Made by a program: the position numbers and the translations under genes
In this document: positions 1 through 13,511 of the stretch, piece after piece
Layout: every line of letters begins with the position of its first letter
Numbering within the stretch: the stretch's first letter is position 1
Source of the DNA: Camelus ferus
Taxonomy: Eukaryota
Length of the DNA stretch: 64,000 nucleotides
Direction: 5' to 3'
NCBI RefSeq assembly: GCF_009834535.1
Contig: NC_045696.1
Coordinates: 89,406,001 to 89,470,000 of the forward strand
The notes under the pieces: model-generated
What the model was told of the DNA's origin: nothing
Seen by the model: the letters and a program-made list of their open reading frames with translations, nothing else
The model's database searches: none

Positions 1-224
1 AGGAAAGAGACAGATTCAGATTCAGAGAATCCTCCCAAATTTCACTTGAGGAATAGTTATTAAGGCTCGACTATACTCCGGGCACAAAGAGATAAAAATG
101 TAGGTTATTCTCACCCACTTTCTACCATTGCCGTCTGCTTCTGCTCCTCCCACTCTTCTGAAGTAGCTCTCTCAAAGGGCATTAACAATCCCTGCTGTGG
201 ACTGGACTGCCCCTCCCACCCCCT

Positions 225-615
225 CCCTGCCCCTTCATAGTTTGAAGCCTTAACTTCCAGTGTGATGCTATTTGGAGATGGAGCCTTTGGGAGATAATTA
301 GGTTTAGGTGGGGTCGTGAGGCTAAGCCCCCATGATGGGGTTGGTGGGCTTATAAGAAGAGACACTAGAGCTCTCCCTCTCTCTGTCTCCCTCTCTGTCT
401 CCCTCTCTCTCTCTCTCTCTCTCCATCTCTCTCTCTCTCTGCCATGAGAGGACACAGGGAGAAGGCAGCCGACGGCGACTCAGGAAGACTCACCAGAACC
501 CCGCCATGCCGGCACCCTGACTTTGGACTTCTAGCCTTCAGAACTGTGAGAAAATAAATTTCTGTTGTTTACGCCAGTCTATGGTATTTTGTTGCCGCGC
601 CCTAAGCAGACTAAA
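225..615 (+). mobile_element. MaLR LTR (MLT1A/MST-like) with internal (CT)n tract
   Basis: Typical motifs: ggagatggagcctttgggagataattagg, ggcaccctgactttggacttctagcct, aataaatttctgttgttta. Confidence 0.8.
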
Positions 616-1435
616 TAATGGGCAAAAGTCCATCTTTGACGTTATCCTTTCTTGCTCTGATGCTTTTCTCTTGGAAAATTTCATCGTTTTTCCAGTGGTT
701 TCAAACTCTTCCTTGAACTCCAGACCCACATCTCCACTTACAGGCACATAAACCAACAGGATTCAAATAAACCACTGCCCTCTTTTTTATTGATGTATAG
801 TTGATTTACAATGTTTCAAGTGTACAGCAAAGTGATTCAGTTACACACACATATATAAATCCATTCTTTTTCAGATTCTTCCTCCCATATTTTTGCTTTT
901 GAATCTGTTTTCCAACCTGGAAACTGGGAGTCATACTTCATTTATTCGTTAGATAGTTGTTTTTTGAGCACAGTGTGCCAGGAATTGGTGTAAATGCCAG
1001 GGACACAGCAGTGCGTAAGAACTTCCTGTCCTCATGAGCTGCGGCAGGACTGCTCCTGCCCCTTCACCCCATGTCCAGTTGGACTCCATGTCCTCAGTGC
1101 TTAAAACCTCTCCAAAGCTGACCCTCTCCTCCACCCCCACTGCTTTCCTTAAGCTCTCATCTCCCCTTACCTGGACGTCTTCCTTGCCTCCTAACTAGCC
1201 GCCCTGATACCAGGCTGCTCCCGCCCTCCACCAGAGTTAACTGGAAAAAAAAAAATCAAATCTGCTCCACAGCTGAAGATTTCTATCTCTCCTTTCACCA
1301 AGGGACCCTTTTGTTTGGCTTCAGTCACCTTTTGCTTTTTGATCTGGCTTCTTCTGACTTCTCTAGCTTTTTTCTTATGAAGCATATAACACATGCAGAA
1401 TAGTGCCCGTGGTGCAAATAATCAGTGAACTTTTA

Positions 1436-1579
1436 TTACTTTATTTTTTTTGTTTGTGGCAGGAGGTAATTAAGTTTATTTATTCATTATTTATTTAATG
1501 GAGGTACTGGGAATTGAACCCAGGACCTCGTGCATGCCAAGCACGCACTGTACCGCTGAGCTGTACCCTCCCCGCTCAG
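1436..1579 (-). mobile_element. tRNA-derived SINE (camelid type)
   Basis: ggaggtactgggaattgaacccaggacctcgtgcatg...ctgagctgtaccc (B and A boxes reversed). Near-TSD agtgaac(a)tttta on both sides. Confidence 0.85.
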
Positions 1580-2159
1580 AGTGAACATTTTACCATCCCC
1601 CAAACATGTCAGGTTCTTTCTTGATACTTTGTTATCTGTATGCTCAGTATTCCCTCCACCTGCACTGTCCTTCCCCCACCTCTTCTTGGCCTAAAGTTTG
1701 AAGAGCCTGTTTTGGTGCCAACTCTTTGGTGAAATTTTCTTAATTTTTCAGGGTAGTTTTTGAGAAAAGTTGCTCCCATGCCCACCTCCTCCCTGCCAAA
1801 CTCCCACAGAACCCCGTTCACGTACCAGAGATACCTGCTGAATTCCTCTATTATTACCTCTCTGTCTGCTTTGAGGACGGGGGTCTATGTCTATTTATTT
1901 CTAGATCTCTAGTACCTGCTGGACGAGCCTGTTCATAGAAGGCAACTGACACATTATTCATAAAGACACGTTGTCCAATCTCAAAGAAAGTTTACTCTGA
2001 TAGGGAAGCAAGACCCGAGCGCCCACACCGGGAAGTCCGTGATCACTGCTGTACGGTGGGAGGTTTGTTCCCAGGTATCTTTAAGTGTTTATTGCCTTGT
2101 GAGTAGGAAATGTTGTTCATTATACCTTTTGGTTTCTTCTGATGGTGCTGGAGGACTGT

Positions 2160-3222
2160 GGGTTAGTTTCCCATGGCTGCTGTAACAAATTTCTAAAAGC
2201 TCGGCAGCTGAAAGCCATGGCAATCTGTTTTCTCACAGCTCTCAGGGCCGGAAGCGCAAAATCAGGACCACCGGGCCGAGATCAAGCTTGCTGGGGGACA
2301 CGGCAGGCCGGTGTCACAGGAAGCAGAAGAATTTCCCAAAGACAAAGAAAGTTTAAGAGACGCAGGAAAGTTTACTAGAGAGGCTGCTACGGGCAACAGC
2401 GGCCACACAGACGGAGGTGCCTGTGTGAGCCCCGAGGGGGGACGTGCAGGGCCCTTTACTGAGGAAGGGGCTGTGCACACAGCGGGAGAGGGGACGGGTT
2501 TCTGATCGGCTACGGGTGAGGTCAGGGGCTTTGGAGTATGGCGAGGTGGTGGGGTTTACGACTCCGATAAGATGAAGACATGGGCTGAGACAAGCAGGGT
2601 AGTGGAATTTACAACTCCGATAAGGAGGAGACGTGGGCTGAGAAAGATCAGCCTGGGCTGCCGTGAGGTTAGCCAATTCCCAGGGCTGTTAATTCTGCTA
2701 TGGCAACACACGTCAGGAAAGGGTGTACTTTATGTTCCAAAGAGGAGTAGGCGGATGCCAAGCGCTGGAGGTTTGGAGGTCACAAGGCCTCGGCAGGCAC
2801 CGTTCGGCACCACAAAGCTGTCAGCGGGGGTGCTCTGCCTCCTGAGGTTCTAGGGGAGTCCGTTGCTCGCCTCTTCCGGCTTCTGGTGGCTGCTGGTATT
2901 CCGTGATTTGTGGCCATATCACTTCAATCTTCAAGGTCAATCTTCAAATTTCTCTCTGCCTTCACATCCCCTTCTCCCATGTGTGTGTGTGTCTGTGTGT
3001 GTATGTCTGTGTGTGTCTGTGTGTCTGTGTGTGAGAGATCTCCCACTTATGACACACACAATTGCACTTAAAGTCTACCTGGATAATTCAGGATCATCTC
3101 CTCATTGCCAGATCCTTAACTTAATCACATCTGCAAAGATCCTTTTTCCAAATAAGTCAACATTCATTAGATTCCAGGGACTAGGACCAGATAGTTTTGG
3201 GGGCCATTAATAAGTCTACTAA
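2160..3222 (-). mobile_element. MLT1-type MaLR LTR interrupted by a younger solo LTR
   Basis: ggctgctgtaacaaat...tctcacagctc at the start and tccttaacttaatcacatctgcaaaga...tttccaaataag at the end. Confidence 0.8.
2289..2814 (-). mobile_element. ERV solo LTR (526 bp)
   Basis: TG...CA termini flanked by a perfect 5-bp TSD AAGCT (2284-2288, 2815-2819). It interrupts the MLT1 element. Strand is inferred from an AGTAAA-like signal on the minus strand. Confidence 0.8.
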
Positions 3223-4484
3223 AGACTGCTATTGATTTTGGTGTGTTAACCTTGGATTCAGCAACATTTAAAAGGTTTGTCTGAAGAGTCAACTTTTCTA
3301 TATAGACAATTACATCGTAAGCAGTGAACACTTTTGTGTTTACCTACTGACCCAAAGAGCTTCTTCCTTTTGCTTCTGTCTCCCTCTGCCTGTGCACTTC
3401 TTCTCTGCATTCTTCTTTTCCTCTTTCTTCTTTTTTTAAAATTTCGGTCTTATTTTCTTATTTTTAAATAATCTGAATAATTATTTTCCTTTTGTGTTTG
3501 TAACAGCTTTATGGAGACACAATTCACATACAATTTACTCATTTCAATTGTAAAATTCAGTGGCTTTTAAGTATATTTGCAGTTAGGTAATCACCATCAC
3601 AATCAATTCTAGAACATTCTTCATCACCCCATAAGAAAACTGCACATCTTTTAGCCATCAAGCCTCCATCCATCTCTCCCCTGAAGCCAATGCAAGGATG
3701 ATAATGTAAGGACATTAGCTTTTCTCCTTCGTTGTCTCCACCTTCTGCTTCCCAGGATCACATTCCAAATAAACTACCTACATGCAAGCCTGTATCTCAG
3801 GCTCTGTTTTCAGGGAAACCCAGGGGAAGACAGTTTTGTCTCACAAAAATAAGTTGGTCTTTCTTTCTTTTTAAAATTGTGTTTGCTGTGAGAGTTGCCT
3901 TGAGTAGGGATCATCTGTTGAATGTTGTTGAAACCTGCCTATGGGACTGCACTGTGCCATTTGTGAGAGGAGATGGGGGAACTTTTCTCTCCTGCAACTT
4001 ATTCAAGTTCTTAAACTGTTGTTGGTTTATTTAATCTTCTGTTTCTATTTAAAATTATCTCTATAATTATATTTTTCGAATGTATAATGTTTTCTCCTTC
4101 AGTTTTAACGTTTTCTCCTGTATCTGCAGTTGCGTCTTCCCCCTCATTTCTAATGCTGTGCCTAATTCCTGGCTTCTCTCGTTTTTCTTGGTCACTGTAG
4201 TCAAGGATTTATGTATTGTCTCTTCAAAGTACTTTAGTTTTATTGATCATCATTAATTTCTGCCTTTGTATTTATTTCTTTTTTCCTGTTTTTTTTTTCA
4301 GTTTGAATCAAATGCTTTCTTAGTTAACTCATTTATTTTTCTTAAAAATTTTAATATATGAGATATCCCAAACACTGAGAAAACCAAAAACCAAAGACCA
4401 ATGAATACCCTCTCCAATTAATATATTTGTAATAAATATCAGTGTAACTAAAACCCAGAAAAAATTCTGCACCCAAAGCCAGTG

Positions 4485-5769
4485 TGTTGGGGGAGGGTTC
4501 CCATACCAATAAGCAATTGCCCAACACCAACTGGGTGTCCAACGAATCAACACAATTCCAACACTATTGAAGGAGCAGGACACTGTGGGGTCCTCCCTGA
4601 TACAAATCCTTTCCGTATCTCCCATTTCTTGTTTGTAGGAAATAGGGTTCATTCAGCCTCTTTGACCTTCCCTGAGTTCTAAAGGGCAGAAATGCAAAAA
4701 AAGGAGAAGCAGTCAAGAAACAATCTTGTAGCCTTGGGGCAGGGTCCTGGTTCCTCCTCAAGGAATATATATGACAATATCTTTGAGTTCTTCTGAGGAA
4801 CTAAGGCCCCCTCCCAAGTGGAGGCAATTTTAGGCTAAGCACAAGATTTCTGGAACACCACCCCATTACCTCACCACCAACCAATCAGAAGGAAATCACA
4901 CACGCTGCACCCTCACCCCAGATTTTGCCTATAAAAATGTCTCCCTGAAAACCATGGGGGAGTTTGGGGGTTTTGAGCACAAGCTACTCATTCTTCTTGC
5001 TCAGCCCTGCAATAATCCTTTCTCTGCTCCAAACCTTGCTGTTTGGCCTCACTGTGCATTGGACACATGAACTTTTGTTTGGTAACACCATCTACCTGGA
5101 GATGGCATCAGATTCCACAGGTTAGGGTTAGGGTCAGGGAGTCCGTCTCACAGGTTAAGCGCCCCCTCCTTCACTGTGTTTCTGACTATCGATCCCACTT
5201 CCCAACAACCCCCTCCTTGGGTCTGATTAGTTTGCTAGCAGCTCAGAGTACTCAGAGAAATATTTCACTTACTAGATAAACCGGTGGGTTTATTATAAAA
5301 AAGGATGTGACTGGGGAAAACCAGATGGAGGAGGTGCACAGGGCGAGGTGTGGGGAAGGGCTTGGAGCTCCCTTGCCCTCTCCAGGTGCACCGCTTTCCT
5401 CCAGTCTCCGCCTGTTCACCAACCTCACAGCTCTCTGAACCCTGTCCTTTGAGTCCTTTCAGAGATTTCATTAAGTAGTTATAATTGCTTAAATCATCGG
5501 CCATTGATGATTTATTCAACTTCCAGCCCCCTCTTCTTCCTGGAGTTTGAGGGGCAGGACTAAAATTCCCTTTCACCCCTGGGTTGGTTTCTCTGGTGAC
5601 CAGCCCCAAACTCAGGTGACCTAGGAGCTTTCCAAAAGCCACCTCATCAGCATAACAAAAGACACCTTTATAGCTCTTACACAGGAAATTCCGAGGGTTT
5701 TAGGAGCTCTGTGCCAGAAACCAGAAAGAAGACGAAATATCTATTTCTTACAGTAAAGCCAATATCACA
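4485..5769. mobile_element. MER21-like ERV LTR, split by a nested LTR
   Basis: aacaccaactgggtgtcc...acactat and ctacctggagatggcatcagattccacagg join into the MER21-type consensus as recalled. Ends ...aatatcaca. Confidence 0.7.
4568..5087 (+). mobile_element. ERV1-type solo LTR (520 bp)
   Basis: TG(4568)...CA(5087) with a 4-bp near-TSD ctat/ccat. Contains CCAAT (aaccaatcag) and TATA (ctataaaa). Confidence 0.8.
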
Positions 5770-7438
5770 GCCAGATTTGAAAAATCATATTTTTTCAATC
5801 TTAGTTACTAAAGATTTCTTATTTGCTAATAAAAGCATTTAAAACTACACATTTTCCACATTAATACAACATTCATTGCATCTTGATTTTTAGAGCTTTG
5901 ATTATCGTTTAGTTACCAATATTTTAAAATTTTCTCATAATTTCTTCTTGTACTTATACATTATTAGAATGATGTTTTTAAAATTCCAAATGTATTTTTC
6001 CTTATCGTCTCATATCAATCTCTAATTTTATTGATCTGTGGACAGAGGATATTAAATCTATTCTTTTAAGTTATTTGATGCTTCTTTTATTGATTTGAGA
6101 AGATGCTTATGACATATTGTTGAGAGAAAACAGGCTGTTAAAAATGAATGCACCAGAGAGAAAAAGCATGTACATGCTTACAGGGAGAAAAGATAAAGAG
6201 GATATAAGCCCAAACATTTATCTGCCAAATAGTTATAACCAAAGTGAAAGGAGATTATGGAAGGATTTTTTTTTTTTAATTTGCTTTGCTTCCAAAGTGT
6301 TCAATAATTTCTTCAGTGACCATATTGTCTTAAAAAATTAAGAATCAGTTTACTGTTTTTAAAAAGTATCTTTCCTTGTAAAAATAATCTATGTCCATTC
6401 AAAAAAACCTTTAAAAATATAGAAACGTATACTATAGAAAGTTGTTCAACTTAACATAAGTGCATACATTTATTAATTAAAAAAATGGTATTATATGTAA
6501 ATGTATGCGTTATATATGTATATGTAGATGTAAGTATATATAGATATTTCTGTAACTTGCTTTCATCCTTTAAAATTACATTACGCAGATTTTCTTTCTC
6601 TATAGCAGACTGACCATATGATTTACACACTTATCCTCCTCAAACCTCATTGAAATGACAGCACAAAAGTCACAAAAGAGACTAAATCATGAAAATAAAT
6701 TTTGAAAGGGGTAACAAAAAAATGAAACATAAGAAGAGTCTCAGGAGATGGTGGTGCTGTTACCCGGGAAGGCATGGGGAGGCGGATCAGGGAATAAACC
6801 TGACGTGTTTGGGGAGCAGACCACCTCCACTTCCTGCCTGGCTCCAGTCAAAGGTTAGTTCTTCAGAAAAATGGACCAGGGATGCTCTGAACTTGGGAAC
6901 ACAGGACATAGAAATTTCTCCGGAACATATCAGTAAGTGAAACAAATAAACACGTTGTAGAACAATATATATGAGTTAATTCCTTGTCTACCAACAGACA
7001 AAATGAAACATACGTACATAAATATGAATGTAAAAGCACTGACTGACAATGGAAAGATACATACAACATGTGTGGTCATCCTGTAGCTCGGTGCTGGGCC
7101 TCATCTCTAAATATTCTTCCTGGGTGATCTTACTCATTTCAGTGGCTTTCTAAGTTGTCTCCATGCTAAGACTCCCAAATTTTTGTCTCCTTTCAGAGAG
7201 GTTCCAATGTTGGCTCAGACTAAGCCAACCATATTATTGCATTCTGTGGCCACAGAGATTGGTTTAGGAAAGAGCATTAGACTCAGTTAGAGCCCATGAG
7301 ACTTTGATGGAACTTCTTCCAGCTGACTTTGAACCTGAGAGGAAGAAAAGTCTTGTAGCATTCTTGCCATGGCTGTACCAGTTCACACTGCCACCAAATT
7401 GCTGCTAATTCTAGGTATTATCAATTATTTATTTTTCT

Positions 7439-7809
7439 ATGCAAATCAAAACTACAATGAGGTATCACCTCACACTGTTCAGAATGGCCATCATTCAAAA
7501 GTCCACAAATAATAAATGCTGGAGAGGGTGTGGAGAAAAGGGAACCCTCCAACACTGCTGGTGGGAATGCAGTTTGGTGCAGCCATTATGGAAAACAGGA
7601 TGGAGATCCCTCAAAAAAACAAAAATAGACTTACCACATGATCCAGCAATCCCACTCCTGGGCATATATCCAGAGGAGACTCTAATTCAAAAAGATACAT
7701 GCATCCCAATGCTCATAACAACGCTACTTACAATAGCCAAGACATGGAAGCAACCTAAATGTCCATCGACAGATAATGAATAAAGAAGATGTGGTATATG
7801 TATATGTAT

Positions 7810-7891
<82 letters not shown>

Positions 7892-8345
7892 GAATACTAC
7901 TCAGCCATAAAAAGTAAAATAATGCCATTTGCAGCAACATGGATGGACCTAGAGATGATCATAGTAAATGAAGTAAGTCAGACAGAGAAAGACAAATATC
8001 ATATGACATCACTTACACGTGGAATCTAAAAAAAGATACAAAGAACTTATTTACAAAACAGAAACAGACTCACAGATAGAGAAAACAAACATGGTTACTG
8101 GGGGAGGGGAATGGGTGGGTGGAGGGACAAATTGGGAGTTCAAGATTTGCAGATACACACTACTATGTATAAAATAGATAGACAACAAGGTCCTATTGTA
8201 CAGCACAGGGGATTATATTCAATACATTGTAATAGCCTATAATGAAAAAGAATATGAAAAGGAATATACATATGTGTAACTGAATCACTATGCTGTACAT
8301 CAGAAATTAATACAACATTGTAAACCAACTATACTTCAATTAAAT
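7439..8345 (+). mobile_element. 5'-truncated LINE-1 (ORF2 C-terminus + 3' UTR)
   Basis: ORF peptides [12 protein letters not shown]...HCWWEC...[10 protein letters not shown] and PFAATWMDLE...KDKYHM are the L1 ORF2 cysteine-rich end, followed by a G-rich 3' UTR. Confidence 0.93.
7811..7888 (+). repeat. (CA)39 perfect microsatellite inside an L1 ORF2 remnant
   Basis: Direct read. Confidence 0.97.
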
Positions 8346-9651
8346 ATATATATATTTATTTTCCCCTTTGTGTTAGGAGTAAATATATCTAGTTTACATA
8401 TTGTTTTTCCTTAGTGGGGTTAAGCGTCTTTTGGTATTATATGGTCATTTCTATTTCTCTCGTAAGTGGCCTATTCATTCTCTTTTTCATTTATAAATTG
8501 CACTGTTAGTCTGTTCCTAACTGATACGATGTTTTAAGGAATTGTAGATATGATTCCTTTGCTGTATGTATTACAAATATACTCAGCACGTTGTTTTAGA
8601 TAACTATTTTCTATCATTTTAATGCTGCTGTTGATGCTGAGCGTGTCCTGGGACAGTCACTAATCCACTACGTCTATAAAGTCACAGGGGAATTAAAGAC
8701 TGCAGCAGGCTCTCTCCAAGTGCTTATTCTTCTAGCCCTACATCTCAACACTGGCTCAGCGTGGATGGTTAAAATATGAAAATTCTCCTCCACAGACTGT
8801 TAAATCTTTGAAAGACTATACTCTTATTAAAATTTTCAACACAAAGAATAAAACATTTGAATAATCACTGTTCCTTTGTTTTATCCTTAAAACATAAATT
8901 ACATTGAATACATTGACTTATGTGTAAATTACCTGATTGATTAAGAGTCATGAGAGTTTTCTGTATTAAAAATTAAGTCCATTTAGTGGCAGGTTTTTGT
9001 GGCCTCTTTGAGTTCCCTGGACCAGCGGTTAGGAGATGCTGATTTATCTGGCTAGTAAATTATATAACAATAAATAGAAGAACAACTAACCTTTAAGAAC
9101 ATCAACAATGTGTCAGGCATGGTCCTAAGTGTGCTACACACATTATATCCTTTAGTTCTTAAAACAAGCCAAGAGGGAGGGGTGTGACTATCCCTCTTTT
9201 CCAGAAAAAGAGGGAGGCACAGGGGGCTAATGAGCTGGTGCAGGCTCGCTCAGCCTCTTAGGGGGGAGTAGGTCCTTGAACCCAGGCAGCTATGTGCACT
9301 GGCTGCACTTGAAGCCACTACACACACAGCCTTCTTAGTGCTTTGCTTTGCTTTGCTTTGTTTTGTGTTGGTTTGGTTTGCTTGTCTTCACCTTGAGTTT
9401 TTTTCATTTAAATCCATATGGTGTAGATCTGAGTTTATGTTATATGGCATGAAAAGGGGGAGTTAAATGTGATAAGAAATCTTAGCGAGTTTAATACTGA
9501 GCTCTCCAAGTAGGATTGGCCTATACTTCTAAGAGATTAAGAATCGTTGAAAACATTCTGTGATGTTTCAGGCAGCCCTAACCAAGAGCTGAAGTCTGAT
9601 TTTGGAATAATTGTAATTTTGACCTATACTGAGAACATGGCATATATAGGA

Positions 9652-9692
<41 letters not shown>

Positions 9693-10145
9693 TTTTTTTT
9701 CCCACTGAGTTTGTCTTCATCAAGCTGGTGGCTGGTAATTTCAGATGATCAGAAAGGCAGACACCAGCTGTCTTGGCAGGTTATGGGCTCCCGTGTCACC
9801 TTAGGGTATGTCAGCATTGCCCGGAGCCAGGCTGAGCTAGCAGGCTGAACTGCGCAGGGCAGGCTCCTAGGTACCTGGCCGTGGGAGCTGAAGGGAAGAG
9901 CTGGGAGAATCCAGGTGAGGGGACCTTTGACTCCTGGATGCCCAGTGTGGGGAAAGTTGTGCTGGGTCAGTAGGGGTATGGCCCAGGCACAGTGGGGGCA
10001 TGAAGGCTCAGGGGATTGGGGTGAGATGGTCCCAAGGGGCTCCCAGACACAGGTCTGAGGAATGTGGTGGCCAATGGGTCATACTGAGTGGATTCTGTGC
10101 CATTTTGCTGGGCACAGTTCTGCATCTGAAAGTAGTAGTGCTATT

Positions 10146-10399
10146 TTTTTTTTCTTTTTGTTAAATTGAAGTACAGTCAGTATACAATGCTGTGTCAATT
10201 TCTGGTGTACAGCATAATTTTTTAGTCATATATACATACATATGTTCTCTTTCATACTCTTTTTCATTATATGTTACTACAAGATATTGAATATAGTTCC
10301 CTGTGTTATTCTTTTTTTGTTATTTTATTGAAGTGTAGTTGATTTACAATGTTAGTTTCCAGTATAAAGCGAAGTGATTCAGTTTCCTGTGCTATTCTT
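10146..10399 (-). mobile_element. Two stacked short L1 3'-end insertions
   Basis: Two ttgaagta/tgtagttgatttacaatg L1 3' termini with T tails. Duplicated flank gtt(c/t)cctgtg(t/c)tattctt at 10296-10313 and 10382-10399. Confidence 0.75.
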
Positions 10400-12926
10400 A
10401 AGCTCCTGCTCTCACTCCCCTGCTCTATTTCAGGGCTGGTGAGGAGACTTCGTGGCCAATAGCCTCTCACACAGGATACACTGGGTCACCCTAGATACAA
10501 CGATGTTTAAAAATATTAATAAGAACTTAGATCTGTTGAGCTCTTGCGATGGGTCAGGAGAGATTCTAAGACTTTCCGCATGTACCAATCTTCTGAGGCT
10601 GGTATTGTTAATATCATCTTCTTCCTTATTTTGCAGATGTGGCAGTCGAGGCCAAGGCAGCTTATGAAAATTCCCCAAGGTCACACAGCAGATAAAATGG
10701 GCAGGCAGAAAGGGGTTCAAGCTGAGGGAGTTAGACTCCAGACCCTGCACATCAACTATTACGCTGTATTGCCTTCTTGATATGTTAGTAAAGGGATTGC
10801 TCTCTCTGGATATAAGAGGAGCCCTGACTTTGCTACACTGCAGAGAACAAAATATGTCAATCTCAAAACAATACTTCTTTCAGCCCTTCAGCCCTCTCCC
10901 AGAATTCTGACTGTGCACAGTCCTGTATGAGGGTGTCTTTTGTCTGAAGGTCTTCTCTTGATTTTCCAGGCAGGGGAACAGTTCACTTCTCAGCTTTGAA
11001 GCCACAAGAGGAGGTTTCATTACTCTCTGAATGTGTAATACATCTTTTCACTGCTGCTTTCTTGTCCTATTAGGCTCATTTTCCATCAAGTTATCTCTGA
11101 AGAACCAAGACAAACTGTGTTTGCTGAGTGGGGTCGAGCCACCTCCTGATTACAGGTCTGGCACGGTGATGTTGGGTCCTGGGTCTCCTTCCAAAGCCAT
11201 CATCACTTAATGGAGAATGTCCACTGAGGCCAAGGATCAAAGCTGCTGGAACATGGAGGAACCAAATAGAAGAAAACTGCTTGTCTTAAAACCCAAATCC
11301 CAGACTTCCAATAGGGCAGAGTGAGAAAGTCTGCAAACCATCTCCCTAGAAAAACGACGATAAAACGAGACAGCATTGTCAACAGCATCCATTTCAGAGC
11401 TCTGGAAATTGACCAAAGGCAAACAACAAACAGAAGCATTTGTTTTTGTTTTTGTTTTTGTTTTCATGAAAAACTGCTCTATCTCAGTAAGAATAGCGGG
11501 AGACTATGGCACTCTTGACTGGGACTGCTCCCAGCCCCGTCCCAGCTCAGTCAGTGAAAAGGTTCTAGCAGGACAGGACACACTGAGAAAACCTGCCGCT
11601 TCACTGATGGAGGGAGTGCAACTGAGTTTTAGCAGAAGATGGAAAGCCCACTCCCAGTTGTGTTGTAAGTTAAAGGAATGATGTGAATAAGGAAGGCCAG
11701 TACTTTCTTTGTTTCCCTGAGGCTGCAGTCCAGGTTGGGGAAAGCAACACTATGGCCGACAAGCCAGAAATTTAATAAGGAGGTCCTAGAAATGAGACAG
11801 CCACAGAGCATCTTGAACAGTTCCCCAAATACCCCCTGCTGCCTTTTGAGCACGTGCAGGGTGGGACCAGAGATGATGCAAACCATCCACTCGCCGCTGG
11901 CTAACTGATGAGGTGAACTTGTAGAGATGTGGGTGGGCATGCAAGAATCTTACTGGGTTGATGGAAGTGCTCTAAAACTAGACTTTGGTAATGTTTGCAC
12001 AACTCTGAAAATTTACCCAAAAATCACTGATTTTATACTTAAAACAGGTTAATTGTAGGGTATATAAATGATACATCAATAAATCTGTTGAAAACACTCA
12101 AATTCTAATTAACAGCTTTAAGAAATGTTGTTTTGAAAACTTCCCTTTGGTACATTAAGGCACTCCAAAATGAACTTCTGTCAGAATGATAATTAACTAT
12201 TTTGGTAATAGATATGGGCCATCTACAATGAGTTCTTCAGTCCTGTATGTCCTGCTTAGAAGGCTTTAAATAGCTAAGACCATCAATAAACAAGACTCAC
12301 TTGAAAACCACATATTTAAAAAATGTGAGCTCTGGGACATCATGTGTCAACATTTATTGAGCATGGAGTTTGCCACAGAGACTGCCCTCAAAGAACTTAC
12401 ACTGTTACAACTGTAAGTTGACATACAATAGCAGGTCAAAGCTAAATAATATATTAATATTACTGGGATGGGGATGGTAAAAAAAAAAAAGACCCTGCCA
12501 AACACACATGATAAATTATAAAGGTCTACCGCATCCATTGTTGCATTTAATCCTCATACCAACCTTGTAGGTTTTGCCAGAAGACAGGGAAACTGAAGCT
12601 CAGAGTGGTTCAGCAACTTGTTCAAGGTCACATACCCCACGCTGAAACTGAGATTTGAATTGATATGGCTGATTCTCAAGCAAAAGTTGGTAAGGATCTG
12701 GGATAACCGGCACGCATCCGTGGTTAGTAGGGGTGTAAATTGGTAGAGACTCCAGGGAAGATAACTTGGCATTATCTGTCAAATGACAACTGCATATATT
12801 CTTTGTCTTTGGAATTTCACTTCTAGGATGTTTGTTATATAGTCAAAATGGCCATCCATAAGGAATTAGTTAAATTAGGCTCTATTTCTAAAATGGAATA
12901 CTATGTAGCCATTAATAAGGAGGTAC

Positions 12927-13215
12927 AACAGAAACAGACTCACAGTCATGGAAAATAAACTTATGGTTACTGGGGGAAAAGAGGTTGGGAAGGGATAAAC
13001 TGGGAGTTCAAGATTTGCAGATATTAACTGCTATATATAAAATAAATAAGCAACAGTTTTCTACTGTATAGCATAGGGAACTATATTCAATACCTTATAG
13101 TAACCTATAATGAAAAGAATATGAAAATGAATATATGTATGTATAACTGAATCACTATGCTGTATACCGGAAATTAACACGACTTAGTAAACTGACTATA
13201 CTTCAGTACAAAAGA
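12927..13215 (+). mobile_element. L1 3' UTR fragment
   Basis: acagaaacagactcacag...ctgaatcactatgctgt...gactatacttca, same family as 8050-8345. Confidence 0.85.
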
Positions 13216-13511
13216 AGGAAAGAAGTGTATCTGTATAGATACCTGAATAGAGTGATTGCAAGATACATTACTAAGTTAAAAAAAGTTGTTTCCCACAATT
13301 TTTGTGTGTTGTTTTAAAAGGGAGTGGCTGCCTAAAGAGGTGAGGAATTGTGGATACCATCATGAAGCCAATTACACAATTTTAAACAGAGATCTGTGGT
13401 TAATTTTTAACGGATGTCTGTGATTTCCACATTTGCAAGTAGCAAAGTAGTGAGTTGTTGACTAGGATATGGGGTTGCCTTATGACAAAGTGAAAATTTT
13501 TATGGGATTAG

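Noticed and set aside
111..455. 114-aa ORF with RE/TE repeats, plus CV/TH-repeat ORFs at 7687-8029 and 2863-3210
   Set aside because: Translations of (CT)n, (CA)n and (TG)n microsatellites within repeats.
5120..5140. Telomere-like ggttagggttagggtcaggg
   Set aside because: Only two TTAGGG units, arising from a local duplication inside the MER21-like LTR.
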